The translations under genes were made by a program, and so were the position numbers. Below are positions 25,316-38,951 of a stretch of DNA of 64,000 nucleotides, in pieces. The notes beneath the pieces are model-generated. The model worked only from the letters and a program-made list of their open reading frames with translations. It was not told where the DNA came from and did no database searches. The DNA is from Octopus bimaculoides. Taxonomy: Eukaryota. The number at the start of each line of letters is the position of its first letter. The stretch's first letter is position 1. The DNA lies in the NCBI RefSeq assembly GCF_001194135.2, contig NC_069001.1, positions 251,179 through 315,178 on the forward strand, in the 5' to 3' direction.

Positions 25316-25757
25316 AAAAAGGAAAAGTATTTTCATGGGTGGGGGCCAGCTCAATGAGATCTAATCTGGGGGGAAACCACAATAAGACTTTAAGTAATGG
25401 AAAGAAGAAAAAAATGAAAATTCTGTAAAGTTTTTAAATAATTAAATAAGAAATAAAAAAATTGATGTGTTTTGATATGAGAGAAAAATTGGAGGTTTAA
25501 TTAGTGAAGCACAACCTCAGGTAGATCAACAGGTGACAACAACAACAGTACCATCCATCACTAATATGTATGCCTTATGTGTGTTTGACATAATCTGTTG
25601 ATCAGTGAAGCATCACCACCCTGCCCCAAGGGGTCTTTGACAGGGGACCTGCTGTTGGCAGCATTTGGAATGGTGAGTAGATAGCTTTTAGCTATCAAGT
25701 CTTGTAGAAGGTGCTATCCTTCTGATTCTGAATAAATGATATCTATCTATCTATCTA

Positions 25758-25836
<79 letters not shown>

Positions 25837-26610
25837 TCATATGTATAGAAAAACAGAGATAGATATAGATATATATATATGAAATTAATGTCCCTTGTCT
25901 TCCTATTAATTTTGTAGCACACTCCGTATTCACCCTTATTTAGAAGAATGTGGTCCAAGACAGCTGAAGATTGACAGAAACTCTGTGATGTTTGTTGAGG
26001 AACTTTAGATTCTGAGATCAAGTATGACTGGAATCAATTTTGCTTTTTATCCCTTTGAGGTCCATAAAACAAAATACCAGTCAAGTACTGCAGTTGATGG
26101 TACCGACTAGCCCCTTCCCTCAAATTTTGGCTTTGTGTCTAATGCTAGGAAGAATTATTGTTGCTTGTTGACTGCATTAACCATTTTCTATAAACCACGG
26201 CAGCACTTCAGTTTCCTCCAATTCCCACTGCTCTCTGCTGAATTTTCTCCACTTCAGACAACACTGCTCGTAACATCACTGTCTGTGACTTCTGTTCTGG
26301 TCACTAAGGCACTGTAATTTACCATTCCACATCAGAGAGAGAAAGAGAGAGGAACATCAATTCTACTCTCTTTCTCTCTCTCTCTGTATTTTCAATTCCT
26401 CTCATTCTCTGTATTTTCTCCTTACTCCCTCTCACATTTTCTTCTTTCTTTCTATCTTTCTCTCTCTATGTATTTCTATCTCTCACATTTTCTGTATTTA
26501 CTTCTAACTTTCTCTCTCTCTCTCTCATACACTTTCTCTTATTTACCTTCTTCTTTCTGTCTTTCTATAAGCCTTTCTATCTCTCTCTTTCTTTCCCTAT
26601 GTATGTATGC

Positions 26611-26646
<36 letters not shown>

Positions 26647-26713
26647 CATATTCTCTGTATATCCTCCATCTCTGTCTCTCTCTCTCTCTCTCATACACTT
26701 TATCTTCTCTCCT

Positions 26714-26747
<34 letters not shown>

Positions 26748-27199
26748 CACAATTCATTTAGTAATTTAGTATGACCTCCCTGTAGACATACAAACGATAT
26801 AATTTCACTCATTTACTTTCCCTGTTCAGAATGAAATCTGCTTTCATTGAAATCAATTGCCAAAGCCACTGACTCCAACACACACACACACACACACACA
26901 CACGTCTAATTCTAAACAAACATGCACAAGCAAACATACATGTGTGCATACACATACACAAATACATTTGCATGCTTGCATGCACAAGTGTGTGTGTGTG
27001 TATGTGTGTGCCTGTACATATGTTTGTATATCTATCTATAGTCTTGCCTATGTGTTGTGTCTGTGTAACTTTATTAATAAACTCATCAAATCAAATATAA
27101 ATTGGATAAAATAATATCATCGAAGGAGACGCAACCATTAAGTCTCTCACTTTCGCTTTACAATTCTTTGCCTTTTTTTTAAAAATATAGTGACACACT

Positions 27200-27232
<33 letters not shown>

Positions 27233-27492
27233 CCATATCAACACCAACACACTCTCTCATACACACCCACACAACACCAACATACACACACACACTCACC
27301 AACACACACACCAACAGACACACACACACACACACAGTTACCAACACACATACACACTGACAATTATGCTTCTTTCTCCAAAGAAATTCCTTAAGAAATG
27401 AACAGTGACTTATCAAGATGAAATTAATAACCATTATGTATCTTTTAGTCTGTTGATTGTCTACGTTCTTAGTTTGGTTCTTGTCATCAACG

Positions 27493-27529
<37 letters not shown>

Positions 27530-28817
27530 AATTATTTGTCTGCAGATAAAAATCTGTGTAGAAGAACGTTCCTATTACTGACATTTTTCTTATTAGTTTT
27601 AATTGCAAATGATAGATGTTGGTCATATAGAAATTCTTAGACTATACAGGCACTATGGGGACAGGTATGACCAACATATTGTAGTTAAGAAACTTGTTTC
27701 CCAACCAAGGGGTTTTGGGTTCAGTCCTGCAGTGTGGTACCTTCTCTTGATATCATGTGATAGTCGTAAATGAGTGTCACTGTCATACAGGCAGTGTCAT
27801 TCACTGCCAATATTCTGTGAAAGCATGTTGAGCCATAAAGAAATGTGACTTTGTTTGGAATCAGGGAAGGAATCCAGTCATAGAAATCCATCTGATTAAA
27901 CTTCACTTGACCCATGCAAGCGTGAATGTTTAAATGATGAGGATGATAATAATGATGCGTTGTATAACAGGATGCCAATATGGCTTTGCTGCACTTTTTC
28001 TGCTGTCTACTTTTTTGTGTGTATATGCGAACTTGTTCTTGTGATAACCACAACTCAGGTGAGTATAATGTACTTTCAATCAGGACACAACAGTTTCTGC
28101 TGCTTTACATCACAGCTTGCGACCAGAGATACGGTATTTGAAGCTAACGAGGTTATTCATGATACCAGTCGGTGCAGAATAGGAAGGATTATGTTCTTAG
28201 GACAGTGTTTTAGGGGTGTGCTGTGGGGGATACAGATAAATCAATGAACTGTGAAGAGAGCTTCTTCATGGCTGTTTGACTTGCTAAGAAAAACAGTCTC
28301 ATAATACTCCCTGTTATTATAAAAAGTGCATGAGTTTTGTTATAAAATGAAAAAAGATAAAATGATTAATATTAACTGGTTGAAAAAAAATAGAGGAAAT
28401 GATAAAAGTTACTGGATAAAAGGATAAATCTATATTTAATAAATAATAATAATATCCTACGATTCTTTTGTAGAAAGAGATACATCATATAATTTTCTAT
28501 ATATTTTTTTACATATTATTTCATTGAACATCACAAGACCAAATCTAATTAAAAAGAAATCAAAGAAATCACACAAAAATGATACCACACTGAAAAATAA
28601 AGTCCTTTTAAAGAAGAATTAATATTTTATAGTTTTCTTTTTTTTTTTCATTTTGTTTTATATATTTGTTTAACCAGTCATTTTTTTTTCCTTGTTGCAC
28701 AAAAAACAGTGAATAAGAATCTCTCTTTAACTTTTCTTGATAGGAAAAAAAAAAATACAAGACAAAAGTTTCCCAATTTTTTTCTTTCTAGAAAATTCAA
28801 ACTGAATATCGAAAGGG

Positions 28818-28823
28818 AATTAC
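28818..28823 (-). promoter_or_regulatory. 5' splice donor of the AhR bHLH exon
   Basis: Minus strand CAA G|GTAATT. AhR similarity ends exactly at this GT. Confidence 0.85.
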
Positions 28824-29011
28824 CTTGAAAATAGCTTTTGATCCGCAGATAACTAACTGCCAAGCGGAGGATGGAAAGTTTATCAAGTTTTGAGATCACG
28901 CTCTGTTCAAACGGCAATAGGCTTGCAAGATGATCCAATTCGGCATTCAGTCTTTCCCGATGGCGCTTACTTGGATTGCTTTTTGGTGGATCTTTCACTG
29001 GGGGCTTCACA
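28824..29011 (-). CDS. AHR: Internal coding exon encoding the bHLH domain of an aryl hydrocarbon receptor (AhR/Spineless ortholog), equivalent to vertebrate AHR exon 2
   Basis: Translates as (x)[62 protein letters not shown](G). This carries the AhR-family signature [22 protein letters not shown]...SKLDKLS.LRL.VSYLR.KS.F, with the invertebrate-type ERLN and SYFQ. Acceptor ...ctgtttcAG at 29013-29012 and donor G|GTaatt at 28823-28822. Length 188 nt = 1 + 62 codons + 1 (phase 2 in, phase 1 out). Confidence 0.96.
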
Positions 29012-29035
29012 CTGAAACAGAAGTGAAACGATACA
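29012..29035 (-). promoter_or_regulatory. Polypyrimidine tract and 3' splice site of the AhR bHLH exon
   Basis: Minus strand reads atcgtttcacttctgtttcAG immediately before the conserved coding sequence. Confidence 0.85.
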
Positions 29036-29639
29036 ATATTAGAGTTAGAGTCACTCCTCATTCTTCTTATTATTATTGTGGTTAAGAAGTTTGCTGGGCA
29101 CCTTAGGTAAGTGTGCCCAGTAAAAGAAAAAACGATGATGACTAGCCATTTGGGTGTCTTATTGGCACAAGGCCCAAAATTTGAGGGAAAGGGAACTGTT
29201 AGATTAGCCTCAATATTTGACTGGTATTTTGTCTAAACTAGGAATGACAAAAATCAAGACATCCTGAGCAGAATTTGTCTAACTGTTATTTTACTTAGTT
29301 AGCTAAATATATTTATTTGTCCATCTGTCATTTTGTAGCAAGAATATAGATAAAGTATTATCCATTTTATTTCGATGCCTATCTATTGTTCTGTTCCTGT
29401 CTTTCTTTCTATATTTTTATATCTGTCTATCTATCTTCCTATGAACTTATCTGTCTGTCCGTCCGTCTGTCCATCTCTCTATCTGTTTGTCTCTCTGTCA
29501 GTCTTTCGCTCTCTTTCTTTCAATATTTCTGTATCTATTCTGTGATTCTGTGCCTGCCTTGTCAGTCAATCCAATCTGTCATTGTATATATACATCTGTC
29601 AATCTATCATACAACAACTGCCTGTCTGCCATTCTGCAT

Positions 29640-29696
29640 CTTCTCATCTCTCAGTCTATCTCTCAGTCTATCTATCTATCTATCAAACAGTTTATA

Positions 29697-29744
<48 letters not shown>

Positions 29745-29790
29745 CATCTATCTATCTATCTGCCTGTCTATCTGCCTGTCTATCTATCCT
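29640..29790. repeat. (TCTA)n tetranucleotide tract
   Basis: Direct reading. Confidence 0.9.
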
Positions 29791-30482
29791 ACCATCTGTC
29801 AACATCTTAATTACTTCACCAGCTAAGACTTTCAGGTATTTTCATATTAAATAATTACACACAGTAAAAATAATACTCAAATGAAGATTTGTGGTGTACG
29901 AAAGAAAGAAATCTTTGTTTGCAACAAGATTAAGTTTAGCAATGATGATGTTTCTCCTTTTCTATCTTAAAATTCATTCCATAATTAAAAAATTAAGATT
30001 CTGAAAACTCTTTATCCTTTGCTTTCGTTCTATCTATTTCATTTTTTCTTTACTTTTTCCCCATATTTCCATGTTTTAACAAATTATTGCAAAAAAAAAA
30101 GAAAAAATTTAAAATAAAGCTGAAATAAAGTTAAGACAGGAAAGACAAAAATAATTGAAGAAAATATACTAAATAAAAAAAACAATAAATCACATTTTTA
30201 TTTCTTTTGTTGTTTCTTCCTGTTTTGTTCTGCTTCTTTTTTTAAAACAAATTTTCACAATTTGAATAGATTTAAAAGCTTTTTGCTTTAGAAAACAGAC
30301 TGACATCAAGTCATTGAAAATTGGTTTATGTCTGCACTGAATAAATTGTGTTAAACATGTCAAAGTCAGTGAAGGAATTTAGCAGGAACGCACACACACA
30401 CACGCATCTGCACACACACACACACACATGAATACATACATATATATATATGTACACATACATATATACATTGCATATGTAC

Positions 30483-30516
<34 letters not shown>

Positions 30517-30521
30517 GACGA

Positions 30522-30556
<35 letters not shown>

Positions 30557-30572
30557 NNNNNNNNNNATGACG

Positions 30573-30607
<35 letters not shown>

Positions 30608-30952
30608 TATATATACATATATATCTGACAATTTAAATTTTACTGATCAAATTATCTATAATTGAATTTTTCACTAAATTTTTACATTTTTCATGTTGTT
30701 GTTTATTTTATGATTTTCATGATTTGTTGCACTTCTTTTTTATTTTTTCCCTCTTTTTTTTTTGTTTATTTCTTCCAGTATTATAACTTTAATTAACTTG
30801 CCTTTTATTGTATTTTTAATTATGTTTCTGCTTAGTGCATAACTCAGTGTATGCAGGTTTGTCTGCATGTGTGTGTGTGTGTGTATCATTGCACTGGACA
30901 TCGGCAATTATAATTATGCTTACATACATGTATATACAGAGATATATGTGTA

Positions 30953-30988
<36 letters not shown>

Positions 30989-32018
30989 ACTATTCATTTT
31001 TTCTCTCCTTTTCTCCCTTCAATGTTTGCAGTTGTTAAAGATGTCTGCACATTTAGACATCAATGGTATGTATTCTTAATGGAGATTACTTTCCAAAGCA
31101 CTTCCTGCCGTCTGCCATTATGCACAACTCAAGATGTCTCAATGTGGTCATTTAGTCTCCTAGAAATAACAGTCAGCTATCTCTGAAATCGCGCTTGACT
31201 CCCAATCAAAAAGAATGCAAGTCTCAGTCCGTATCCCACAACACAGACAAACGACAATGACAAGGTATAAATGGCTTTATGATGATGATGATGATGATGG
31301 GAGGATGCCAATGGTTTTGATGGGAATTGTGGTGGTGCTGATGATGATGATGATGATGATGATGAAAAGCTGTGTAAGAATGGAGAAGGAAGCCACGCAG
31401 ACCACCCCAGGCAGATGAATTAGGCATGTTCAGATAACGGAACAAGATTACAATCAGTAGCATAGCTGGAGGGAAGAGTAAGGGGTGCATTCTACCCTTG
31501 GTGGTGCTTTTATGGAGGTAGCACTTTTGGGTCTACTGTATAAGACTGTATAGACTGTTTGGTGGGTAGGAGGAAAAGAGATTAAACGGGGGAGGACTGA
31601 GGGTCTTTGTTGGACACTAATTAAAATTTAATTATGCCAGTTTTAGGACAATGAATATTGTCTAATATTTTGGAAAAAGAAATTCTTCTACAACACATAT
31701 TTCAGGAGTTCCTTCTCAAAAGAGTTGGAAAAGCTAAAAGGGGGAGGAAAAACCCAGCAAAGGCATCAGCAGACTATGGAGACCTTTGTTCTTGGTGAAC
31801 CTCTTGGCACAGCCTCAGAAATGTCAAATGAGGTTGTTTCATCCTTGGTTCCAACAACCAACCAGTAACCTCTCCCTCGGCCATAACCAGCAGAACTATG
31901 CCATCTTCTTATCAAAATTAAGGAATCTTACCGTAATGGGAAGTGAGCAGGATTGTTTGGCTGCTGGACACAGCAGGAAAAGAATAATAATAAATAATAA
32001 TAATAATTATAATAATAA

Positions 32019-32478
32019 TTTAATATCCATTTTCAATGCTGGCATGGGTCGGATGATTTGACAGGGGCTGGCAAGGCTAGGGACCCTGCACAGGTTCCAT
32101 AGTCTGTTTTGGCTTGGTTTCCAGGTGCTTTTTCCCCACCGTACCATCACCAGTGTTTGTTACATGGCACCGCCCCTAGTCCCTTTTATGTGGGTGGGCA
32201 TAAAAGAGAACCCTTTCTGCTATGGGCAAAAAGCCTGAAATTTGGTTGGGGTTTGACAAGTCAATGCCAAGAAGCTCAGAACTCAACTGACATTATTTTA
32301 TCAGCCCCGAAAGGAAGAAAGGCAAAAAGGCAAAGTGGTTGACATTTGGAGGGTACCCAGTCATAGAGACCATACCAAGGCAGGGCTTGAGGAAGTCCTC
32401 TCACTTGCCAGCTTCTGTCAAATTGTCCAACTCATGCCAGCATGGAATGTGGACATTAAATGATGATGTCGATGATGA
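32019..32478. mobile_element. Two family A tails in inverted arrangement flanking other repeat remnants
   Basis: 32019-32075 versus the reverse complement of 32404-32460: 47 of 57 identical by manual alignment. Confidence 0.8.
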
Positions 32479-32760
32479 TTATGTTTCTTCTTGAAGATGG
32501 TAGAGAAGAGGACTTATTTTCATCTGGGTATATGGCAGAGAAGTGTAGGGGGATGGGTGAATGAGTGAATGGATGGATGGATGAAGTGGGTGGGGAGGTG
32601 GTAGGGGTTTGGTGGCTTGTTTGAGACTGAGATCTTCTCATGATCGGAATAAACACGTTAATCCTTCTTTAGTCCTAATCTAAGAAACTGCAGGCTAAAC
32701 TGAGAATTAAATACTATTAACCTAAGTGATGAATGAGGTCACCAGCCAGGTTGTGATCAT

Positions 32761-32762
<2 letters not shown>

Positions 32763-32796
<34 letters not shown>

Positions 32797-33330
32797 GTGG
32801 TGACTGTAGTGAATGTAGTATGTAGGAGTAGTGATGATGGTGAGGCAGTGGTGCTAGTGGTTAGGGGTGGATCGTGGTGACCAAGGGGTGGTTATGTTAA
32901 TAGCAGTGATAGGGACAATGATGGTGATAGTGGTGGTGGTGGTGGTGGTGGTGGTGATAATAGCAACAGTGGTGGTGGCAGCAGCAATGAAGAGGTGGTG
33001 GTGGTGGCTGTGGTGGATGCTGTGATGTTCATGTCGGTGACTATTTGATGATAGTGATGGTAACCATGGTGGTGATGCTGTCTTGTAGTAATACTGATAC
33101 TGGTGCTGGTTGAGACATAGATGATGATGATGATGAGGGGGAGGCTGGTAGTGGTGGTGGAGGGAGAGTTAATGGTGAAAGGTGGAGGAGGTGGTGTTGG
33201 TTATGATGGTGGTCATCATCGTTGTCATTGTTGATGTCAAAGTTGTAGTGGTAGGTAGTAATACTGGTGGTAGTAGTGGTAGCGGTGATGACGGAGGCGG
33301 CAGTGGGGGTGGTGACGGTGGCGGTTGTAG
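32763..33330. repeat. (GGC)10 followed by a degenerate (GGT/GAT)n tract
   Basis: Direct reading. Confidence 0.9.
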
Positions 33331-33651
33331 NNNNNNNNNNNNNNNNNNNNNNNNNNNNNNNNNNNNNNNNNNNNNNNNNNNNNNNNNNNNNNNNNNNNNN
33401 NNNNNNNNNNNNNNNNNNNNNNNNNNNNNNNNNNNNNNNNNNNNNNNNNNNNNNNNNNNNNNNNNNNNNNNNNNNNNNNNNNNNNNNNNNNNNNNNNNNN
33501 NNNNNNNNNNNNNNNNNNNNNNNNNNNNNNNNNNNNNNNNNNNNNNNNNNNNNNNNNNNNNNNNNNNNNNNNNNNNNNNNNNNNNNNNNNNNNNNNNNNN
33601 NNNNNNNNNNNNNNNNNNNNNNNNNNNNNNNNNNNNNNNNNNNNNNNNNNN

Positions 33652-33712
<61 letters not shown>

Positions 33713-34240
33713 AGAGAGAGAGAGAGATTTGCAGAGATTGTTTCTTACATGAAAGAGATGAAGAAACTTAAAGAAGCCATTACGATGCACCACCCATACA
33801 TTGTGGTTGCCTATAGTTCACATTTCATAGGAGAACAACGTGTGTGTGTGCATTTATGTAATCTTAAATGTGTGTGAGAGTGTAATTTGATTATGTATCT
33901 GTATGTAATCTGTGAGAGAGAGAGAGAGAGAAAGAAAGTGTATGCGTAAGAGAGAGAAAAACTGTGTGTGTGTGTGTGTGTGTATACTTTGGTGTAAATA
34001 AGTGTGTGTTTGTGCAATCTTGAATGGTTGCACAAATGTTACTTGGTTATGCGTCTGTATGTAATCACAGTGTCTGTTTATGTAATCTGATGTGTGTTCA
34101 GACATTAATAATAAATAAATGAAGTGTAGCTTAATAGATGTGTGTGTGTGTGTGTGTGTGTGTAATATGTATCTATTGTGTAATACATTAAAAAAGAAAA
34201 CACTGTATATTTTATTTACACATACATTCATGTGCATGCA

Positions 34241-34283
<43 letters not shown>

Positions 34284-34569
34284 CATCTCCTTCACAGTCC
34301 AACAAACACACAAGAGATTATCGATCCCACTGCACAGCATTATGAGTAAATGTCTTCTGCCATACCTTTAGGTCCACCAATACCTCATGGGTGAAATTTG
34401 ACTGATGGAAACTGTGCAGAAGCCTGTTAATCGACAGGTTTCCACAATCTGTAGTCTGATATTTGTTTAGAAAACTGGTGTAAATGAAAAGTTTGTTTGA
34501 GCTAATGGAACGCTATGTCAGCCATGCACAGGGATGCTGTCTGCAAGGTCAGGGTTAAAGACAGAGTGA

Positions 34570-34730
34570 TTCTCTTGCAGGATGAAGGGCAGATTGGATG
34601 ATATTTGAGTCTGAAGAGTAATTTTCAATGGACATGGAATTTACAAAGGATATGCAAAGAGTCGAGAGAAATGAAGCAGATATGTTCTGCTTGATGTGTA
34701 ATGGTAGTGGAGACACACAGAGTATAAAAT
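34570..34730 (+). mobile_element. Decayed RTE-clade LINE ORF fragment (post-RT region)
   Basis: Translates across a frameshift as ..RMKGRLDDI*V*RVIFNG / KDMQRVERNEADMFCLMCNG.., matching the RTE pattern R.KGRLY...VR..ML.G.E.W......RLERNE..MLRWMC. Confidence 0.55.
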
Positions 34731-35469
34731 GAAGATTGTACTGGTACAAATCATTCATACATATGAACGATGAGCAGAAACTCATTTGCTTCTCTTTTGC
34801 CCTCTAAATTTTACTGCTAAGAAGTCTGGTTATTAAATACCCAAAGAGACAGCATGTTCATGGCAAGAATGCCTCTTTGATCATGGGTTGCTCAATCGGG
34901 GCTGGGCCATGGTTTCACAAGAACATCAGCTGCGACATTCCAACACCATCACCACCAGAATAGCCACAATAAAACCTCCCAGCTTACTTTCTCCAACACT
35001 ACCACAATAACTACAACCACCACCTTCACCACCACCAACAACAACAACCACTGACAACAATTAAATCTCTCTGTTCACTAGCACGACAACAATAACAATA
35101 ACATTATGAGTAAATACCACCACCACCACCACCACCACCATAACAATAATAAAACCTGTCTCAATACCTTCACCAGGACTATCACAACAATAACAACAAC
35201 AGCACCATCAGGATAACCATTGTCACCACCACCACCACCACCATTAACATCATCACGAAGCATCTTAGATTAAATGAAACTAAATAACAAGGAATTTCAT
35301 CTGCTGATATATATTAGCTTTGTTTGGTTAGGAAGACATCAAAATAAGATTATGGCTAAGTGCTCTAATCCATTTCTTCTGAACTTTACCGTTGGCATCA
35401 GGAAGACCAAAGCAACACGTTGATGCTTTCCTGTACTTGTCAAAGTTTCTTCTGGATCTTAATAGCAAC

Positions 35470-35670
35470 CTCCTCCGGCCCCTGTGCCGGTGGCACGTAA
35501 AAAGCACCCACTACACTCTCGGAGTGGTTGGCATTAGGAAGGGCATCCAGCTGTAGAAACTCTGCCAGATCAGATTGGAGCCTGGTGCAGCCTCCTGGCT
35601 TCCCAGACTCCCAGTCGAACCGTCCAACCCATGCCAGCATGGAAAACAGACATTAAACGATGATGATGAT
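35470..35670 (+). mobile_element. Short interspersed repeat family A ((GAT)n-tailed), well-preserved copy
   Basis: gcacgtaaaaagcacccactacactctcggagtggttggcattaggaagggcatccagctgtagaaac...ccaacccatgccagcatggaaaacagacattaaacgatgatgatgat. Roughly 90% identical by eye to 49383-49560. Confidence 0.9.
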
Positions 35671-36917
35671 ACATATACATACATGCACACACACACATGC
35701 ACACACATATATATAATATATATACATATATACACATATATACACCCATATATATAATTCAGAGATGATACGGAGAAAATTCAGAGTGCCAACAGTGTAT
35801 TCTCTAAACTCCAATAAAAAATACATTTATTTGTGTATATTAGTATATATGGGACTTTAATTGTGTGTGTGTACATGTATACACACACTAATATACATAC
35901 ACTAATATACATACACTTACACACACACACACAGAGTAACTTTGAAAGTCTGTGCAACTTGGAAACAAAATAATAATACATTTCTACAAAAGCTCTTTTC
36001 ATTCTCTTGTCTTCTATTTTTGTTTGTCTTTTAATCTTAATGTGAAATTCATTATTCTCTGTGTTGTCCTTGTTGCAGCATGTCACAAAACCATCTAATG
36101 AAAAAAAGATCAATAGAATACCTCGCTTCAGACATTACTCTATACTACTTAATTTATTATAGAGGTATTCAAAATTTCCTGGTTTTATCAAAGAAGACAG
36201 AGTACAATTGCAGAGCTGAAAGAATTCGTTAGCGATACAGTGTCTTCGAAAATTCCTAAGAAAACTTCGTAAAGGTTTAGATCCGATCTGAACCATTCTC
36301 ACACAAACAGCTTTTTGCCAACCAAACTTATTTATGGTAACATCTTCACAAGAATTGAGTTTTTGTTTTAGTTCTTTTTTTTTTTTTTTTGCTGTTTTTC
36401 CTTTTTTTTTTTTATCACATTAGCAACATTACACAATCCTGTTCAACCAACAAAGAAAACTCTGTTGAGTCGAATCTGTCACTAGAAATAGCAGCCAATG
36501 AGAGAAAAAGAGATTTTCTATGCGAGTGCATGATCTGCAAGAAATAGCAGCAAAAGTCACACTGAATCACACTTTATAGTTTAAATGCGTGTGTATATAT
36601 ATATATATGGATATACATCATACTGGTACTGGTGATAATGCCACGTAATTTTTTTTTTACTCAAACAAAGAAATTCATACCTTTGTCCTGATTGATATTA
36701 TTCACAATTAACGTGAAAATGGAAGGTATGATATATAAAGTTAACGTTTAGCCAACACTATAACACAAACTGAAAACATACCATAGTTGTAGCTAACTCA
36801 CCTTCCATTATTTAAGAGAGTAGGGTGTGACATGCTAGGATTTGGTTGCTCTTTCTAGCAAGCAGAGCAACTACATAGAGGCTCCCTTGCTTAGCTCCTC
36901 ACATTTACACACACACA

Positions 36918-36952
<35 letters not shown>

Positions 36953-38259
36953 CCATCAGATCATATAGAGGAAACAAGATAAGTTTTCAAAAGCACACAA
37001 AAACTGTTATATTTTGCTTTATTTTGTGAAGTGTCAAAAATATTTTCATTGCATTTTTTGTGTAACGAGGTCACAAACATTATCACACTGCAAAGTTAAA
37101 AAGAAAAAACAATAAAATATAGAAAAAAGAAAAAAGAAAATATACAAAATGCTTTTTACACTTGGGAATCATTTAAAAACTCAAAAATTCTCTATGAAAT
37201 GTGTACTTTTAAATTTAGTTTCCTTAATTAAAATTTGTTGGGAGTGAGATAGAGGACGTATTTAAAATTGTTTATTTAACAAGTGTGAGGTGATTATTGT
37301 AAAGTTTTTTTTTTTTTTGAAATATATCTAAAAGTAGATAATTATCTTTGAAAAATTTTAAAAAACTGTTTCTTGCTTTAAAATATTTGGCTCTATTCAA
37401 TTTTAAATGTAAAAACAATTTTGACATTTGCTAAATTTCTAGTGACAAACAAAAAAGAAAGAAAAAAAGAAAATCCAACAATGGAATTCAGCTTATATCA
37501 AAGAAAATTAACAGAATTAAGAAACAAAATTGAAAACATAATATTGATCAGATATATTAAAATATCTATTTTGTACAGTTTTGTGTACTAAAATATTCTT
37601 CTGTGTGCCACTCACTTTGGGTAATAGAATATTCTTGAATACAAGATATCCAAACAGAAAATATTTTTCCTCAAAGTAGAGAGCAATGAGGAATGGTTAT
37701 TGGTGTGTGTGTGTGTGTGTTGAAGATTTTTAATTCATAGATGAAATCTTAGAACGTGTGTGAGGAGATGGACTCAAATGACATGAATATTCACCTCAAC
37801 AATATTGTAACACCTACTGCGAGAGGTACCCATCAATGCCACTTCTGTGTTAGTTCATAGGAGCAGCACTGAGAAGCCACATCTGTTGTGGCTCAAACTT
37901 AACTGGCCAGCCAAGTGATTGCATTACTCAAGAATCAAACTGCAACCATCATGTATCTCTGTGTCAAGCAGCTCATCAACTGAGCCACATGTTTAGCTAT
38001 ATTCAACCTTTATCTCACTCCATGTTTGACTGGTTTCATGAAATATAAATGTTGTTCTAATCAATCAAAAAGAATCTTTAATTACTGTAAATTGCATTAA
38101 TTTCCTTTTTGTATCGGTATTTCAAAAGGAGTGCCTGCTTTGTAATTTCAACAGATTTTCATTCATAAAGTTTTTAACAAATAAAGATTCCCTGATATCC
38201 CTTCAAGTCTATCATCATTTATTAGGCTTCAAAGATGACACCACACTTCCTTGTTAAAC

Positions 38260-38420
38260 TTCTGCATCCAAGCATCACCTAGATACTCCAAGCCAAATCA
38301 GCTGAGACGCCATATATGGAGACCTCAAAAATGGCAACAGAACACGATCACAGCACACATGACGAAAGCATAACCATGCCTCACTCTGTTTAACATAAAC
38401 AACATGGAAAGAGAACTTCC
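38260..38420 (+). mobile_element. Highly decayed RTE-like LINE C-terminal fragment
   Basis: Remnants PSIT*ILQA..QLR and IYGDLKNGNR resemble the RTE motifs PSI..IL...QLRW and LYGEL..G.R. Confidence 0.4.
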
Positions 38421-38499
38421 ATTATTGGTTTACATACTACGCATCACCATTACTGAGGATCTCTCCTTGTAGGCTTATGGTGTCAACCTAATATAAACT

Positions 38500-38695
38500 G
38501 TCCACTACCACCACTTGACAACCAGCGTTGGTGTGTTTACGTCCCCCGTAACTTAACAGTTCATCAAAACAGATCAACAGAATAAGTACCAGGCTTCAAC
38601 ACATGAGCCTTGGTGTCGATTCATTCAACTAAAAATTCCGCAAGGCAGTGCCCCAGCATGGCCAGAGTCTAATGACTGAAACAAGTAAAATAAAA
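38500..38695 (+). mobile_element. Interspersed repeat family E
   Basis: cttgacaaccagcgttggtgtgtttacgtcccccgtaactt...gaataagtaccaggctt...gccccagcatggccagagtctaatgactgaaacaagtaaaa. Confidence 0.8.
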
Positions 38696-38906
38696 ATAAA
38701 AAAAAAAGATATTTATTTATTTATTTATTTATTTATTCATATAAATTGAGAAATCCTTCAGAATGTGTTTTCGCTTGATGTATGGAAAGCACAATTTGGG
38801 AAGAGCCGAAATGAAAGAGCGTTCAATATTTAGTTAGAGATCTTTTGATTTTGAGTTGAAATTCTTCTGGGAGTAACTTTGTCTCTCAGGACTTGGACTC
38901 AGGATG

Positions 38907-38951
38907 CAAATGGCATTACCAAATGGCATTACCAAATGGCATTACCAAATG
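38907..38951. repeat. 13-bp tandem repeat CAAATGGCATTAC x3.5
   Basis: caaatggcattac caaatggcattac caaatggcattac caaatg. Confidence 0.95.

Noticed and set aside
28678-29061. The full 127-aa ORF as a standalone bHLH-only gene
   Set aside because: The non-AhR ends are read-through of the polypyrimidine tract and of AT-rich intron. Canonical splice sites bound the conserved part exactly.
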